DNA from: a virus
Lineage: Duplodnaviria; Caudoviricetes
Virus record (IMG/VR): IMGVR_UViG_3300048597_000651
Location: 1 to 50,608 of that record
Direction: 5' to 3' (one strand)
Length of the DNA stretch: 50,608 nucleotides
Shown: positions 1-9,892 of the stretch, in pieces
Position numbering within the stretch: the first letter of the stretch is position 1
Layout of the letters: every line of letters starts with the position of its first letter
Position numbers and translations under genes: made by a program
The notes under the pieces: generated by a model
What the model saw: the letters and a program-made list of their open reading frames with translations, nothing else
Databases searched by the model: none
Told to the model about the DNA's origin: nothing

Positions 1-510
1 CTGGTCGAGCGCCGGCGCCGCATCGCTGCGCATCGCCGTCGTCGCCACGCCGTTGACCGCGCTCAGCCCAATCTGCGCAGTCGGGTTGGCGAATCCGGCA
101 AACTGACCGGGCAGGTCGCTCGGCACTATGGCGCGAAACGACGGCAGGCCGGCGATCACCGGCGACGCGAGAAACAGATTCGCCGACAGCGTCGGCAGCG
201 TGTGGTGCACGCCGAGCAGGTCATGTGGAGAGGGTGCGCCGGTGGACCCGCCGCCGGTCACAACAGCACCTCCACCCGCCCCGCCGCCGGATGCCGCCCC
301 ACCCTGCACGGTGTAGGTGCCGCCGGCGTAGCGCAGGCGCACAGCCTGGCCGACCGTTGCATCAGTGAGCGCGATGCCGCTCAGCACGTCACCGCCGGCG
401 AGCTGCACGCGACATGTTTTGCCGGTCACCGCGATCACCGTGCCGAATGTGTCGCGCTCCGGCTCCGGCATCATCGCGGCGGTCGTCGTTGCCGCTGGTC
501 TCAGGCTCAT
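1..510 (-). CDS. Tail fibre / minor tail protein, N-terminal part (runs off the window)
   Basis: ATG at 510 overlaps the stop of the upstream tail gene (ATGA). The frame is open to position 1: MSLRPAATT...Gly-rich linker...FANPTAQIGLSAVNGVATTAMRSDAAPALDQ. Not in the ORF track because it is truncated. Confidence 0.75.
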   Translation of the reverse strand, partial: MSLRPAATTTAAMMPEPERDTFGTVIAVTGKTCRVQLAGGDVLSGIALTDATVGQAVRLRYAGGTYTVQGGAASGGGAGGGAVVTGGGSTGAPSPHDLLGVHHTLPTLSANLFLASPVIAGLPSFRAIVPSDLPGQFAGFANPTAQIGLSAVNGVATTAMRSDAAPALDQ

Positions 511-3500
511 GATCTAAACCCCCGAATCTGATAGGCCGATTCCCACGTGCGGTTGCCGGTTTCATCCACACTCGCGCGCGTGGATTTCGACGTGATGACG
601 TGCGCGCTCGAAGCGTGCGCGGGCGCATCGCCGCCCGGCGCATAGGCAAGCGCCAGTTTGTCTTCGGGCTGCACGTGCAGTAGCGGCACAGCCTCAATGC
701 TGTCCACGTCGGCGAACTCGCCGGCCTCTCGCATCTGCAACTGTGCATCCGCGCCGGCGGCCTGCCAGTCGATCACCGTCTCGTTGCCAATCGACGCAAA
801 TTGCACGCCGAGCGACTGCGCCAGCAGCTCATCGACATACTCGCCGGAGATGTCTGTGCCGGTGATCTCGACGTGTGCGCGCTGCACCGTGTCACTCGCG
901 CCGTCGATGTGCTTCCATGCGTTCTCGCCGAGCGTGCCGGCGTCATCACGCACCCAGAAGCGGCTGAACTCTACGCCGCCGGCAGCCGTCGAACGCGCGC
1001 GGATGTGCCGGTTCTGCTTGATCGTGTCGATGTTGCTAGCCGTGCTCGATCCCTTTTGCGCGGTGTGCTGCGCAATCTCATCGCCCAACTCCAGCACGCG
1101 GATCGTCGCGGTGTAGCTCGGCACCGTGCCGGTATAGCTCACCTGAATCGCGCCGGCGTCGTCACGTCGCCAGCTCGTCGTGCCGTCGGTCATGTCGTCC
1201 AGATGGAGCGTCCAGAACGGCTTGCGGTTGATCTCCACTACAACGCGCGGGCCACTCACAGCCACGCGCAAATCAACCAGTTGCGACGCCACTTCGCTCA
1301 GCGTGTAGTTCGGGTTTGACCCGCTCAGCGTGCCGGCCACATTCACATCGGTGTCGGGGATGGGCACGACCTTCAACCAGCGGTCGCCGCCCGCGTCAAC
1401 CGCGATGTCGGTCGACGTGGTCGCCAGCCCAATGCGGATCACGCCGGGCCGTCCTGCTGCATAGTCCGCTGCGGTCGCATATTGCTGGATCGACAGGCGA
1501 TAGTAGCCGCGAAAGAAAATATTCAGCCGGCGCTCATTGGTAATGCCGCTGCCATTGGTGTCGTTGCCAGGTATGTGCACCTGCGCATCCAGCGTGAAAT
1601 TGGCGAGGTTTGCGCGCAGCGGCAGTGATGTAGGCGATGTGCCGATTGTGCCCGACCAATTGGTCGTGGGCGTGGTGTGGTCGTTGCGAAACACGGGGTT
1701 GCGCACGCCGGCCAGCGCGCACAGCCGTCGAATCGCATCCTCCACCGGCTGAAACAGGCCGGCGTAGCGCGCCCACCTGCTCACCGTGATCTTTGACACA
1801 GCGCCGGCGCTGTCGCGCGGTGAATACAGCACCATTGCATCAGAGGCGTGCGAGTTCTTCGCCGTGTTCAACTGCGCGCGCCCGCTCACAATAGCGAGCG
1901 CGCCGGAGATCGCCTTGTCCTTGTCGGCCTGCGATGTCCCTGGGTTATCGATATCCACCATCGCGCCCTGAATGGCGTTGGGATAGGGCTTGTTGAGCGT
2001 CAGCGTCGGCTGCGTGCCGCCGGCTGCCGATGATGCGTAGATGTTGTTGGCCGCATCGTTGTTGCCGTCGCCGGCATCGCCGTCGCGCGTGACGATGTCC
2101 ACCTTCAGGCCGGCCAGCGGCGTGTTCAGGGTCGTCGCGAGCTGGTCGAACGCATCGCCTGGCAACTTGCCGCCATACGAGCGGAACTGCGTCAGCACGC
2201 TCGTCGCGCCACCCGTGCCGGCCAGCGGGGTATAGGCCGCAGGGCAATACACGCCGGTCTGATACACAGCCGTGTCGCCTGGCAGCGCGCCGCGCTTGAG
2301 ATATCCAGCCACCGCCGGCAATTCTGCGTAGCGCAGGCACTCGTCATCAATGTCGAAATATGCGCTCGCAGGCAATCCGAACTGCGACGCCGCGCCGTCG
2401 AAAAACTTGCCGCCATGCGCCACCAGCCGCCACGCGCGCGCGTTGTTTTTGTCTGGATACGTGGGATAGTCCCAGCCTTCCCATGTGCCGCCTGGGAAGT
2501 AGGTTGAGCCGGTTTTTAGCAGGTGCAAATTTGCATCGGTCTGCACCAGCCGCATCGCGATGGCCGTCGTGTCGTCGGTCACGAACGCGCCGCGATACCA
2601 GCATGGCAACGCGCGCTTGCCGGCGCGCGTTTCCGTCCACACCATGCCGCCAGTCACTGCATCCTTGCGCGCGCCGCTGGAGGCCGAGCCCGTGGTGTCG
2701 GTGCCGGCGTCGATCACATACACGGCAACACTGCGATCAACGCTTGTCGGCGCATTTATCGACGCCGGCGTCGTCGAGCGATAGTTGTAGAGCGTGATGG
2801 ATGTGCCGCCCACGGTGTTGATCGTGAACAGTTGATCCATGTGGCTGGCTTTGAGAAGACGGATTGTCATGCCGGCCTTTAGCACAGACGGGGTCGTCGC
2901 AAATCCAATGCCGTCGCTGGGGCTGCCAGGGATGCCGTTGTAGGTGCCGTTCGCGGCCAGTCGCGTGTAATCACTCAACGCCAGCGTCGAGGCGTCGGTG
3001 AGCTGCGCGGACACGTCGCCATATTCACCCTGTGCGAACCACGTCGCTGCGCCGGCCACGTCGGTCGAGAGCGCCAGCCCACACAAATCGTCGCCGGCCT
3101 GCGAACGCTTCGCCTGCCAGTCGAACAGGAACTCGCTCCACAGTTGATATTGCGCGTTGGCCGCCCACGTCGCCGCGCCGGTCACGCGCGGCTTCACAAA
3201 CACCTGCACGCGCCGGCCACTCACGCGCACGGCCACGTCATACAGGTAGCCCTTTGCGAGTGCATTCGCAGCCGAGGTGCGATATGTGCCGCTCACCGCC
3301 TGCGTGCGCAGTCCGGCGGCCAGTGGTGTCGCCCAGCCCCACAACATGTTCGCTTTGTCTTTGAATTTCCAGCCGGTGTCTTCCTTTTCGGGATCGTCTG
3401 GATCGATGCTGTTGAGTTTGAGCGCGCGCACGCGCGGACGGTCACAGGTCTCAAACGCAGTCCAAGTGTTGTAACGTGGCACCAGCACCACATTGCCGTT

Positions 3501-5246
3501 GCCGTCGTCATCGCAGCCAAACACGAAACCGAGAGCGCTCACGGCGTAGTTGTCGCCGGCGTCCATCTGCACCGTCGCCTCCATCAGCGCATCGCCGGAT
3601 TCATCACTGTCGACCAGCGCGATGAAGGACTGATTGCGGCCCGTGTAGACCAGCCCCTTCTTTGTTGGCTTCGCGCTCTGGTCATTCTCGACGAGCGATG
3701 CCGGCGGCGTGAAGTCGGGCGTTTTGACGTTGAAATCGTCGAGTGTCGCCAGCAGCGTGCGCAATACGCGTTGCCCACGCAAATCCGTTTCGGTGAGCAG
3801 GTTGTGGTCGATCAATTTTTTCTGGCCGAGATCGCGCGCGCTGATCGCGAGCGCGCCATGATCGACGCTCGTCTCGCCGGCAGCCATCGCCGTGCGTTGC
3901 AGGTCATCAATGCCATAGGCCGCATAGGACTCGGCGCTGCCGTCATAGCCGAGTTTCAGATACAGCACGCTACCGTTGCGCACATGCGCGCTGCCATCCC
4001 ACATCATCCCGCCGCCGGCGGTCGATGGATCGGCGATGCTCAGGGTGAGCTGGTCGGCGGCCTCAGCGCTCTCCTCGATCTGGATGCTCTCGATATAGTC
4101 GTCGAGCGCGTTCGCCGCAGACGATGCCGGCGCCTGTAGCTGTGTGACGAATGCGGCATAGCCCTGCCCGCCGCCGGCGTAATAGATGGTTGACGGCGAG
4201 TCATTGCGCAGGAGCAGCGCGCCGCGGCAATCGGTTTTGGTGAGGAAGCTGGATCGCTCATACAAACTCCAGTTCCAGCCGTCTGCCGACTGCAAATACA
4301 GATCGAGCGCGGCCACCTGAATGGTGCTGGACGGCGACACGCGCGTCTGACGCGTGAAGCGCGCGGTGAGAGTGAACGTGCCATTGATGCGCGTGAGGCT
4401 GCACGGCAGCAAGCCCAAGAGTGTGGCGCTGGCCGAGATCGGCGCGACCGGCACGAGCGCCGACTCGATGCCGGATTTCAAATAGAACTGCACAGCGCGG
4501 CCGGTGCTCTGGTCGTTTGCGATCACATGGATCGCGCCGGTGTCGGTGTTCGCAATCGCAGTGATGTATGAGCAGTATTTCGCGCACGTCCACCAGTCGC
4601 TATACACATCCGCGTCCAACATCGGAATCTGGATGATCGTGTTGAGCGCGACCGCAGCCGATGACGAGCCGGCGATCCAATAGAACTGAATGGTCGAGAG
4701 CTTCAGCGTGAAATCGTGCGTGCCGACGGCAACGATCACGCCGTAGTCGGTCGGACACACCGCCTCCACGCGCCGCACGCGCGTTGCATTGTTGCTGAAC
4801 GCGTCGCCGAAGACGCTGCTGTAGTTCGACAGCGCCACGCTCACGTTGTTTGTCGTGCTGCTGAGCGTGGCGCGCTTGACCTGCACGCCGGAGCCGTCCA
4901 TCGTTGCGGCGTAAAGCCGGATCGTGCCGCCTTCGTTGACGATGGCGCTGCGCATCGTCTGCACCGCCAGTGATGTCACCGTGTTGGGCAGTGCATAGTC
5001 GCCACTGCTGGCAGTGTCGAACACGCGCAGGTAGGCGTTGCCGTTGGTGTGGCGATACGTCGCATACGCAAGCGTCCCCGTGTTGCGCATGCACAACGAC
5101 TGCGCAATCTGCGTGTCGAGCGTGCCGGCGCTGCTCGATGCGAACGCGGCGAAGTGCAGCACCTCATCGCGCGCGGTGAGCACGATGGCGGGGTTTACCA
5201 GCGGCTGCTGCTGAGCGGTGAGGTTGGCGCCCGACAAACTGCGCAT
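507..5246 (-). CDS. Large tail tip / baseplate hub protein with inserted beta-rich domains
   Basis: 1579 aa, positioned after the tape measure and Dit-like genes; beta-rich composition. Confidence 0.7.
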   Translation of the reverse strand: MRSLSGANLTAQQQPLVNPAIVLTARDEVLHFAAFASSSAGTLDTQIAQSLCMRNTGTLAYATYRHTNGNAYLRVFDTASSGDYALPNTVTSLAVQTMRSAIVNEGGTIRLYAATMDGSGVQVKRATLSSTTNNVSVALSNYSSVFGDAFSNNATRVRRVEAVCPTDYGVIVAVGTHDFTLKLSTIQFYWIAGSSSAAVALNTIIQIPMLDADVYSDWWTCAKYCSYITAIANTDTGAIHVIANDQSTGRAVQFYLKSGIESALVPVAPISASATLLGLLPCSLTRINGTFTLTARFTRQTRVSPSSTIQVAALDLYLQSADGWNWSLYERSSFLTKTDCRGALLLRNDSPSTIYYAGGGQGYAAFVTQLQAPASSAANALDDYIESIQIEESAEAADQLTLSIADPSTAGGGMMWDGSAHVRNGSVLYLKLGYDGSAESYAAYGIDDLQRTAMAAGETSVDHGALAISARDLGQKKLIDHNLLTETDLRGQRVLRTLLATLDDFNVKTPDFTPPASLVENDQSAKPTKKGLVYTGRNQSFIALVDSDESGDALMEATVQMDAGDNYAVSALGFVFGCDDDGNGNVVLVPRYNTWTAFETCDRPRVRALKLNSIDPDDPEKEDTGWKFKDKANMLWGWATPLAAGLRTQAVSGTYRTSAANALAKGYLYDVAVRVSGRRVQVFVKPRVTGAATWAANAQYQLWSEFLFDWQAKRSQAGDDLCGLALSTDVAGAATWFAQGEYGDVSAQLTDASTLALSDYTRLAANGTYNGIPGSPSDGIGFATTPSVLKAGMTIRLLKASHMDQLFTINTVGGTSITLYNYRSTTPASINAPTSVDRSVAVYVIDAGTDTTGSASSGARKDAVTGGMVWTETRAGKRALPCWYRGAFVTDDTTAIAMRLVQTDANLHLLKTGSTYFPGGTWEGWDYPTYPDKNNARAWRLVAHGGKFFDGAASQFGLPASAYFDIDDECLRYAELPAVAGYLKRGALPGDTAVYQTGVYCPAAYTPLAGTGGATSVLTQFRSYGGKLPGDAFDQLATTLNTPLAGLKVDIVTRDGDAGDGNNDAANNIYASSAAGGTQPTLTLNKPYPNAIQGAMVDIDNPGTSQADKDKAISGALAIVSGRAQLNTAKNSHASDAMVLYSPRDSAGAVSKITVSRWARYAGLFQPVEDAIRRLCALAGVRNPVFRNDHTTPTTNWSGTIGTSPTSLPLRANLANFTLDAQVHIPGNDTNGSGITNERRLNIFFRGYYRLSIQQYATAADYAAGRPGVIRIGLATTSTDIAVDAGGDRWLKVVPIPDTDVNVAGTLSGSNPNYTLSEVASQLVDLRVAVSGPRVVVEINRKPFWTLHLDDMTDGTTSWRRDDAGAIQVSYTGTVPSYTATIRVLELGDEIAQHTAQKGSSTASNIDTIKQNRHIRARSTAAGGVEFSRFWVRDDAGTLGENAWKHIDGASDTVQRAHVEITGTDISGEYVDELLAQSLGVQFASIGNETVIDWQAAGADAQLQMREAGEFADVDSIEAVPLLHVQPEDKLALAYAPGGDAPAHASSAHVITSKSTRASVDETGNRTWESAYQIRGFRS

Positions 5247-5635
5247 CAGCCCACCTTCCTCAAGCTGAAATCAACGGAATACCAGCCGTCTGTGCCTTCC
5301 ATCGCCGGCGCCAGTTCCGGCGTCAACACTGACACGCCATCGATCATCACGTTGCCCTGCGACACGCCCCAGATGTCGGTGAAGGCCAGTGTGCGCCCGC
5401 TCACCGTGTTGGCATCCAGCAGCGTTTTTGCCTCAGTGCGCGAGTGATAACCCGTCGCCGGCGAGTCCTGCACCAGCGCGGTGAATGTCCATACCCTTGC
5501 ACGCGCGCCGATCACGGCGTAGGTTTTTGCGCTCAGCGTGTTGCGCCCACTAGCCGGCGCGCCCGGCTCGCGCCAGGTGTTAAGCCGCACATAGAGTTTC
5601 TTTGCGCCGAGGGTGACAAACTGGTTATAGGCCAT
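5246..5635 (-). CDS. Distal tail (Dit-like) protein
   Basis: 129 aa immediately downstream of the tape measure gene; call rests on synteny. Confidence 0.55.
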   Translation of the reverse strand: MAYNQFVTLGAKKLYVRLNTWREPGAPASGRNTLSAKTYAVIGARARVWTFTALVQDSPATGYHSRTEAKTLLDANTVSGRTLAFTDIWGVSQGNVMIDGVSVLTPELAPAMEGTDGWYSVDFSLRKVG

Positions 5636-5644
5636 CGCTGCACC

Positions 5645-7630
5645 TCACGGTTGACGGTAGTTGCGGCGCCGGTTCTGCGTCGTCGCACCCGCGCCGTTGT
5701 TGACGCTGGCACGCGCCACCGCCGCGCCGTCCACGTTGACATTGACCGTTTGCGGGGAAGACCCTTGCGCCGGCGGCGCGCCCCCCGTGTCCAGATTGCC
5801 TGGCGTGGGAAGGATTGGCTGCGAGCCGGTGCGCGGCGCATAGTTGTAAAAATCGCCGGCGAGCTGGTCGAGTCCGATCACCACCGCCTTGATCGTGACG
5901 GTCTTCTCGGTCGGCAGATTTTTCACACGATCATGCAGGTCATCCACCTGCGGCATGCCGGTGACGCTGGCGGCGATTTGCACTTGCGCCTTGCCTGGCA
6001 AATTGTCAACGCCCTGCGACAGTTGCAGCGTCTTGACTGCGCCTTCAGCAGCCGCAGACGTGAACTCGTTCAGGTCGTTGATATAGGGCTGAGCGGAGGG
6101 GCCGGCGGCTTGCAATGCGCGGGTGTAATCGATCTGTCCGTTGCGCAGCGCCAGCACCAGACCGAGCGCATCCCCCATCGAGATCGAGCCGGCGTCGAAG
6201 CCCTTCATCACACCCTGCACCGCAATCTTCATTTGCTCCTGCGCAAGCGTGGTCTGGCCAGTCGCGAGCGCGTAGGCCGACTGGAGCTTCTGCATCTTGT
6301 TCATCGGCTCCAGACTCGTACCCATCAGCCCCTGCATCTCAGATGTCTTTTGCTTCAACGCGTCTTGCGCATTGGCAACTTCCTTGACCGCTTTCGCCGC
6401 GCCACCGGCGGATCGCGTCGCTTTGTCCATCGCAGGGCTGAACTCGCTCATCATCGTCATGCCGACCTCTTTCGATGTGCCGACGACGACCTTCATCGAG
6501 TCCGTGAGCGCGCGGTTGGCGCGCTGCTGGGTGGACACGCCCTTTTGATATATGGCGTATTGAGAGGCGTACGCATTACTGAGCACCTGCTGTGTGCCCT
6601 TGATGGCGGCAGCGCTCGCCGCTGCGGCAGCGCCCTGCGCGCTGGCCAGCATGGCGATTGCCACTTCAGTGTTGGCAGCTGCGCGCAGTGCGTCCTCAGA
6701 CGCCTGCACCATCGCTGCGCCCATGACCGACGCCGCGCCAGGCACGCCGGCGAGCGCATTGACCATCGAGTCCGTCATCGACGACGAACCGCGCATCGAT
6801 TCGTTGTATGTGTCGATGGCGTCCTTGAGCTTGACCAGCTCCGCCTGCGACATCTGCGCGCCGCTGACCATTTTTGCCCAGCCATCGGCGATGGTCATCT
6901 GCGTAAACAGCACACTGACGGCGGTATTGGCCTGGGTGAGACCATCGACCAAAACGGGAATGACTTCGCCGCCGATCTTGTTTTTGAGTCCCTCCCACGA
7001 ATCGTTGAGTTGATCGAGTTGCTCGTGGAGCCGTTTGGCATCCTCAACCGTCTTCTGGCCGATGACCAGGCCGGCTTGATCCGCAGCCTGCATCATCTCC
7101 CGAATCGCTGCGCTGCCGCGATTGAGGATGGGGATCATCTCGGCGCCGCTGCGCCCGAAGGCGTCAATGGCCATTGCCGTTTTGGCCGGCCCATCGGGCA
7201 TCTTCTGAAACGCATCAGCCAGGCTCATCAACTCGCGCTCAACATTCGCGCTTGCGCCTTTAGTTTTGAAGAAGTTGTCTGCGTATTTGACCAGGCTCGT
7301 GTTGACCGCATCCGACGACACGCGCATGTCGTCCGCGGCCTGCGTGAAGCCGGAGAGAAACTGCACGGATGCGCCGGTTTTCTGTGAGAGTTTGTCATAT
7401 GCGAGCGCAGCCTGCTCCAAATCCATCGCCATGCCCACCACCGCTTTGCCGGCGGTGACGATGGCGCCGACGCCGCCGGCGACAGCGGCCAGTCCCCCGA
7501 CAAGCGCGGGCGCGGCAGCGGCGATGTCTGTCAGTCCGCTCTTGATCTGCGTCAAGCCAGACGCCACCTGTGGCGCGCCGGTCATCGTCGTTTTGACTTC
7601 GACGCCGACGGTTTTGTTTGCAATCGGCAT
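5645..7630 (-). CDS. Tail tape measure protein
   Basis: 661 aa, Ala-rich and helical, with TMP-like motifs (LSQKTGASVQFLS, AIDAFGRSGAEMIPILNRGS); follows the chaperone pair. Confidence 0.9.
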   Translation of the reverse strand: MPIANKTVGVEVKTTMTGAPQVASGLTQIKSGLTDIAAAAPALVGGLAAVAGGVGAIVTAGKAVVGMAMDLEQAALAYDKLSQKTGASVQFLSGFTQAADDMRVSSDAVNTSLVKYADNFFKTKGASANVERELMSLADAFQKMPDGPAKTAMAIDAFGRSGAEMIPILNRGSAAIREMMQAADQAGLVIGQKTVEDAKRLHEQLDQLNDSWEGLKNKIGGEVIPVLVDGLTQANTAVSVLFTQMTIADGWAKMVSGAQMSQAELVKLKDAIDTYNESMRGSSSMTDSMVNALAGVPGAASVMGAAMVQASEDALRAAANTEVAIAMLASAQGAAAAASAAAIKGTQQVLSNAYASQYAIYQKGVSTQQRANRALTDSMKVVVGTSKEVGMTMMSEFSPAMDKATRSAGGAAKAVKEVANAQDALKQKTSEMQGLMGTSLEPMNKMQKLQSAYALATGQTTLAQEQMKIAVQGVMKGFDAGSISMGDALGLVLALRNGQIDYTRALQAAGPSAQPYINDLNEFTSAAAEGAVKTLQLSQGVDNLPGKAQVQIAASVTGMPQVDDLHDRVKNLPTEKTVTIKAVVIGLDQLAGDFYNYAPRTGSQPILPTPGNLDTGGAPPAQGSSPQTVNVNVDGAAVARASVNNGAGATTQNRRRNYRQP

Positions 7631-7645
7631 AATTATTTTTGCCTG

Positions 7646-7852
7646 CTACATTGCACGCCTTGCCGCGAGCGCTTTCCAATCGCCCCACTCGCTCGCGTCA
7701 TCTTTTGCGTGTTTGGCTGTCGGCTCATCCTTTGACAATGCGGCACTCAACACGGCCAGATCGAAGTCGTAAGCCAACCGTTCATCCTCAATGCCAAGAA
7801 TCGCGCTGGGGCGCTGGCTATAAGTTGCCGCCACGACGTGCAGCGCCCTCAC
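7646..7852 (-). CDS. Tail assembly chaperone T segment (reached by -1 frameshift)
   Basis: In the -1 frame relative to 7849..8241 and open from the slippery site. Confidence 0.75.
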   Translation of the reverse strand: MRALHVVAATYSQRPSAILGIEDERLAYDFDLAVLSAALSKDEPTAKHAKDDASEWGDWKALAARRAM

Positions 7853-8241
7853 CTCGTCGCGATTTCTAAAAAACTCAGCAGCGTTGCAGGGCTGGTGTTC
7901 AGCCAGTTGAACACAGCCAGCAGGTCGTCGGCGTCAAATTCGGAAATCGAGATTTCGTCATCTTTCGGCGTTTGACCGGTTGGCACAACACGCGGCTCCT
8001 GAATGGCCGTGATGGCGTGAAGCCGGATCACGTCGATGTATTTCGTGATGGCGTCCTGGGGAGAGATCGACTTACGCAACAGGTCGTCGGCCTGCGCTGA
8101 TAGGCCCGTGGGGATGCTGCCGGCGCAGGCCATCTCCAATAGCGATAACCTTTTCACGCGCACACGCAAGCCGGAGGGAAGTTCTTTCCACTCACCCTCC
8201 TGCTTCTTTTTGCGCCACTCTGAAACGTTTGTTTGCGGCAT
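7849..8241 (-). CDS. Tail assembly chaperone (gpG-like)
   Basis: 130 aa between the tail tube and tape measure genes; ends with a slippery heptamer. Confidence 0.8.
   Translation of the reverse strand: MPQTNVSEWRKKKQEGEWKELPSGLRVRVKRLSLLEMACAGSIPTGLSAQADDLLRKSISPQDAITKYIDVIRLHAITAIQEPRVVPTGQTPKDDEISISEFDADDLLAVFNWLNTSPATLLSFLEIATR
7867..7873 (-). other. -1 programmed frameshift site T TTT TTA
   Basis: AGT TTT TTA GAA in the G frame; a -1 slip gives ...RNRDE-VRALHVV, joining 7646..7852. Confidence 0.8.
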
Positions 8242-8271
8242 GGTGATTTACGCGATCTATCAGGTGGTCTA

Positions 8272-8796
8272 TCAAGTGGTCGGCAGCGTGGCCGCCGTTT
8301 CGTTCTGCGTGACCGTCCAGATACCATTACCGTCGCCCAGATCGATAGCCGTGCCTTTGCACTTTGAGATGTAGAACGAGCCGTCTTTGAACTCGCCGTC
8401 GATGCCATCGCCGTCGATTTTGCAGTTCCACAACGTCACCCACGTGTCGTCGCTGTTCGGCCCCATCGCTTTGCCGTAGACCTTGAAATACGGGAACACA
8501 TCGCCGGCCTTGCCATTCAGTGTGATCTTCTGGCTCGGCGTGGTGCCGCTGGTAACAACAGTGCGACCGGTGAGCTTGGCGTAGGCTTCGAGCGAAATGC
8601 CGCCAGACTCCAACTCCCACTCGGCGCCGTCGGAGAACGCGACGATTGCAATGCGCTTGTCATTTCCGCGCAGCGTGCCGCTCGTCGTGGTCTCTTTGAA
8701 TTTCAGCGTCATCGCCGCCGGCAAATCGACGTAGGTGCCACCCTGCACGACGCGCACCTGTCGCAGCCCGAAGGGCTTGTCTCCAAATCCAGCCAT
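8272..8796 (-). CDS. Major tail tube protein
   Basis: 174 aa, KPFGLRQV N-terminus, positioned before the chaperones. Confidence 0.8.
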   Translation of the reverse strand: MAGFGDKPFGLRQVRVVQGGTYVDLPAAMTLKFKETTTSGTLRGNDKRIAIVAFSDGAEWELESGGISLEAYAKLTGRTVVTSGTTPSQKITLNGKAGDVFPYFKVYGKAMGPNSDDTWVTLWNCKIDGDGIDGEFKDGSFYISKCKGTAIDLGDGNGIWTVTQNETAATLPTT

Positions 8797-8801
8797 GTTT
8801 G

Positions 8802-9890
8802 CTATACCTCCAATGTGCCGAGTTCGCCCGCGCGCAAGGATGCGCGAAGGGCGAACTCGGGATTGATGATGTCATCCAGCGCGCGAGCCGCGTGCGCCCA
8901 CGTCATGTTTGCATGAATCCACGCGCTTGCGCCGGCGCCGAATGCGCTCGCCGCTTCGCGATGCTCAGCGCACCAGCGCAGTCGCGAGACCAGTTGGTCG
9001 ATGTCGGGTTCTGCCCAGTCGCCAATCTGGCCGGCGTCCCATGCGCCATACTCTGCCGTGCGCGTGCCAGCAACGCCGACCGGCATCGCCCACTTGTCAA
9101 TGTCAACGGCAAGTCCGCCGTAGTTCGTCGTGATGACCGGCAGACCGGTCGATGCCGCTTCGCGCGGCGGACTGCCCCAGCCTTCGCCCCGTGACGGGAA
9201 CACGTAGCAGTCGACCGCTGTCAGCCAGGCCAGTTGCGTTTCGGTGTCCATCAGGCCGCTGATGACCTTCACGTTCTCGTCGGCGAAGCGCGGTGACGCC
9301 GGCAGCTCGTCGCGGAAGTGCATCACCAGCCTCACATCGCTGCGCCGGCCAAAGGCCATGACAAAAGCGCGGTAGGTTAAATCCCAGCCCTTGCGCAGAT
9401 CGGGCGTGCCCGACCACATGAACACATACATGTCATTGCGCTGCTCATTACGCTGCGAATAACGAGAGGCGCGCGCGCTAAACGGATAGTCGCGCGCATC
9501 CACACCCCACGGCACAACGTGAATGGGGCGCGTCACGCCGTTGTCGCGGAACACCTCAGCACACCACGCGCAAGGCACAAGCAGCGTCTCTGCGCGCCGG
9601 TTGATCGCATCCGCCCAACCCGCCGGCAGCCTCGACGCCTCAAACATCGTGTAGCTCACAAGTTGGTCAGCGCTGATGCTGTCGAGCCAGTCCGGCACAC
9701 ACAACGCAACCGCCGTGCCAGGCACCGCCCACGTGCGCGATGTCTCACCGAATGCGCCGGTGTCGTCGCGCATGTCCAACGCGCGCCAACCCATCTCGCG
9801 CGCTGCGCGGCTCAGCTTGATCGTGCCGACACCGTAGCCGTCGCGCGGCATGTGGAAACCCATCAGCGTGCGCGTGTCGAGTGTGTGCAT
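8802..9890 (-). CDS. Glycosyltransferase family 4 (GT-B)
   Basis: RKGWD motif and YVFPSRGEGWGSPPREAASTGLPVITT (EX7E motif). Confidence 0.9.
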   Translation of the reverse strand: MHTLDTRTLMGFHMPRDGYGVGTIKLSRAAREMGWRALDMRDDTGAFGETSRTWAVPGTAVALCVPDWLDSISADQLVSYTMFEASRLPAGWADAINRRAETLLVPCAWCAEVFRDNGVTRPIHVVPWGVDARDYPFSARASRYSQRNEQRNDMYVFMWSGTPDLRKGWDLTYRAFVMAFGRRSDVRLVMHFRDELPASPRFADENVKVISGLMDTETQLAWLTAVDCYVFPSRGEGWGSPPREAASTGLPVITTNYGGLAVDIDKWAMPVGVAGTRTAEYGAWDAGQIGDWAEPDIDQLVSRLRWCAEHREAASAFGAGASAWIHANMTWAHAARALDDIINPEFALRASLRAGELGTLEV

Positions 9891-9892
9891 GG

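Noticed and set aside
1-5246. Diversity-generating retroelement or tail-fibre shufflon
   Set aside because: No reverse transcriptase, TR/VR pair or repeated inversion sites were seen. The region left of the window cannot be assessed.
5444-7387. Long plus-strand ORFs opposite structural genes (also 11470..13077, 3144..4139, 21778..22794)
   Set aside because: These are shadow ORFs of GC-rich coding DNA with Arg/His-rich non-protein-like composition.
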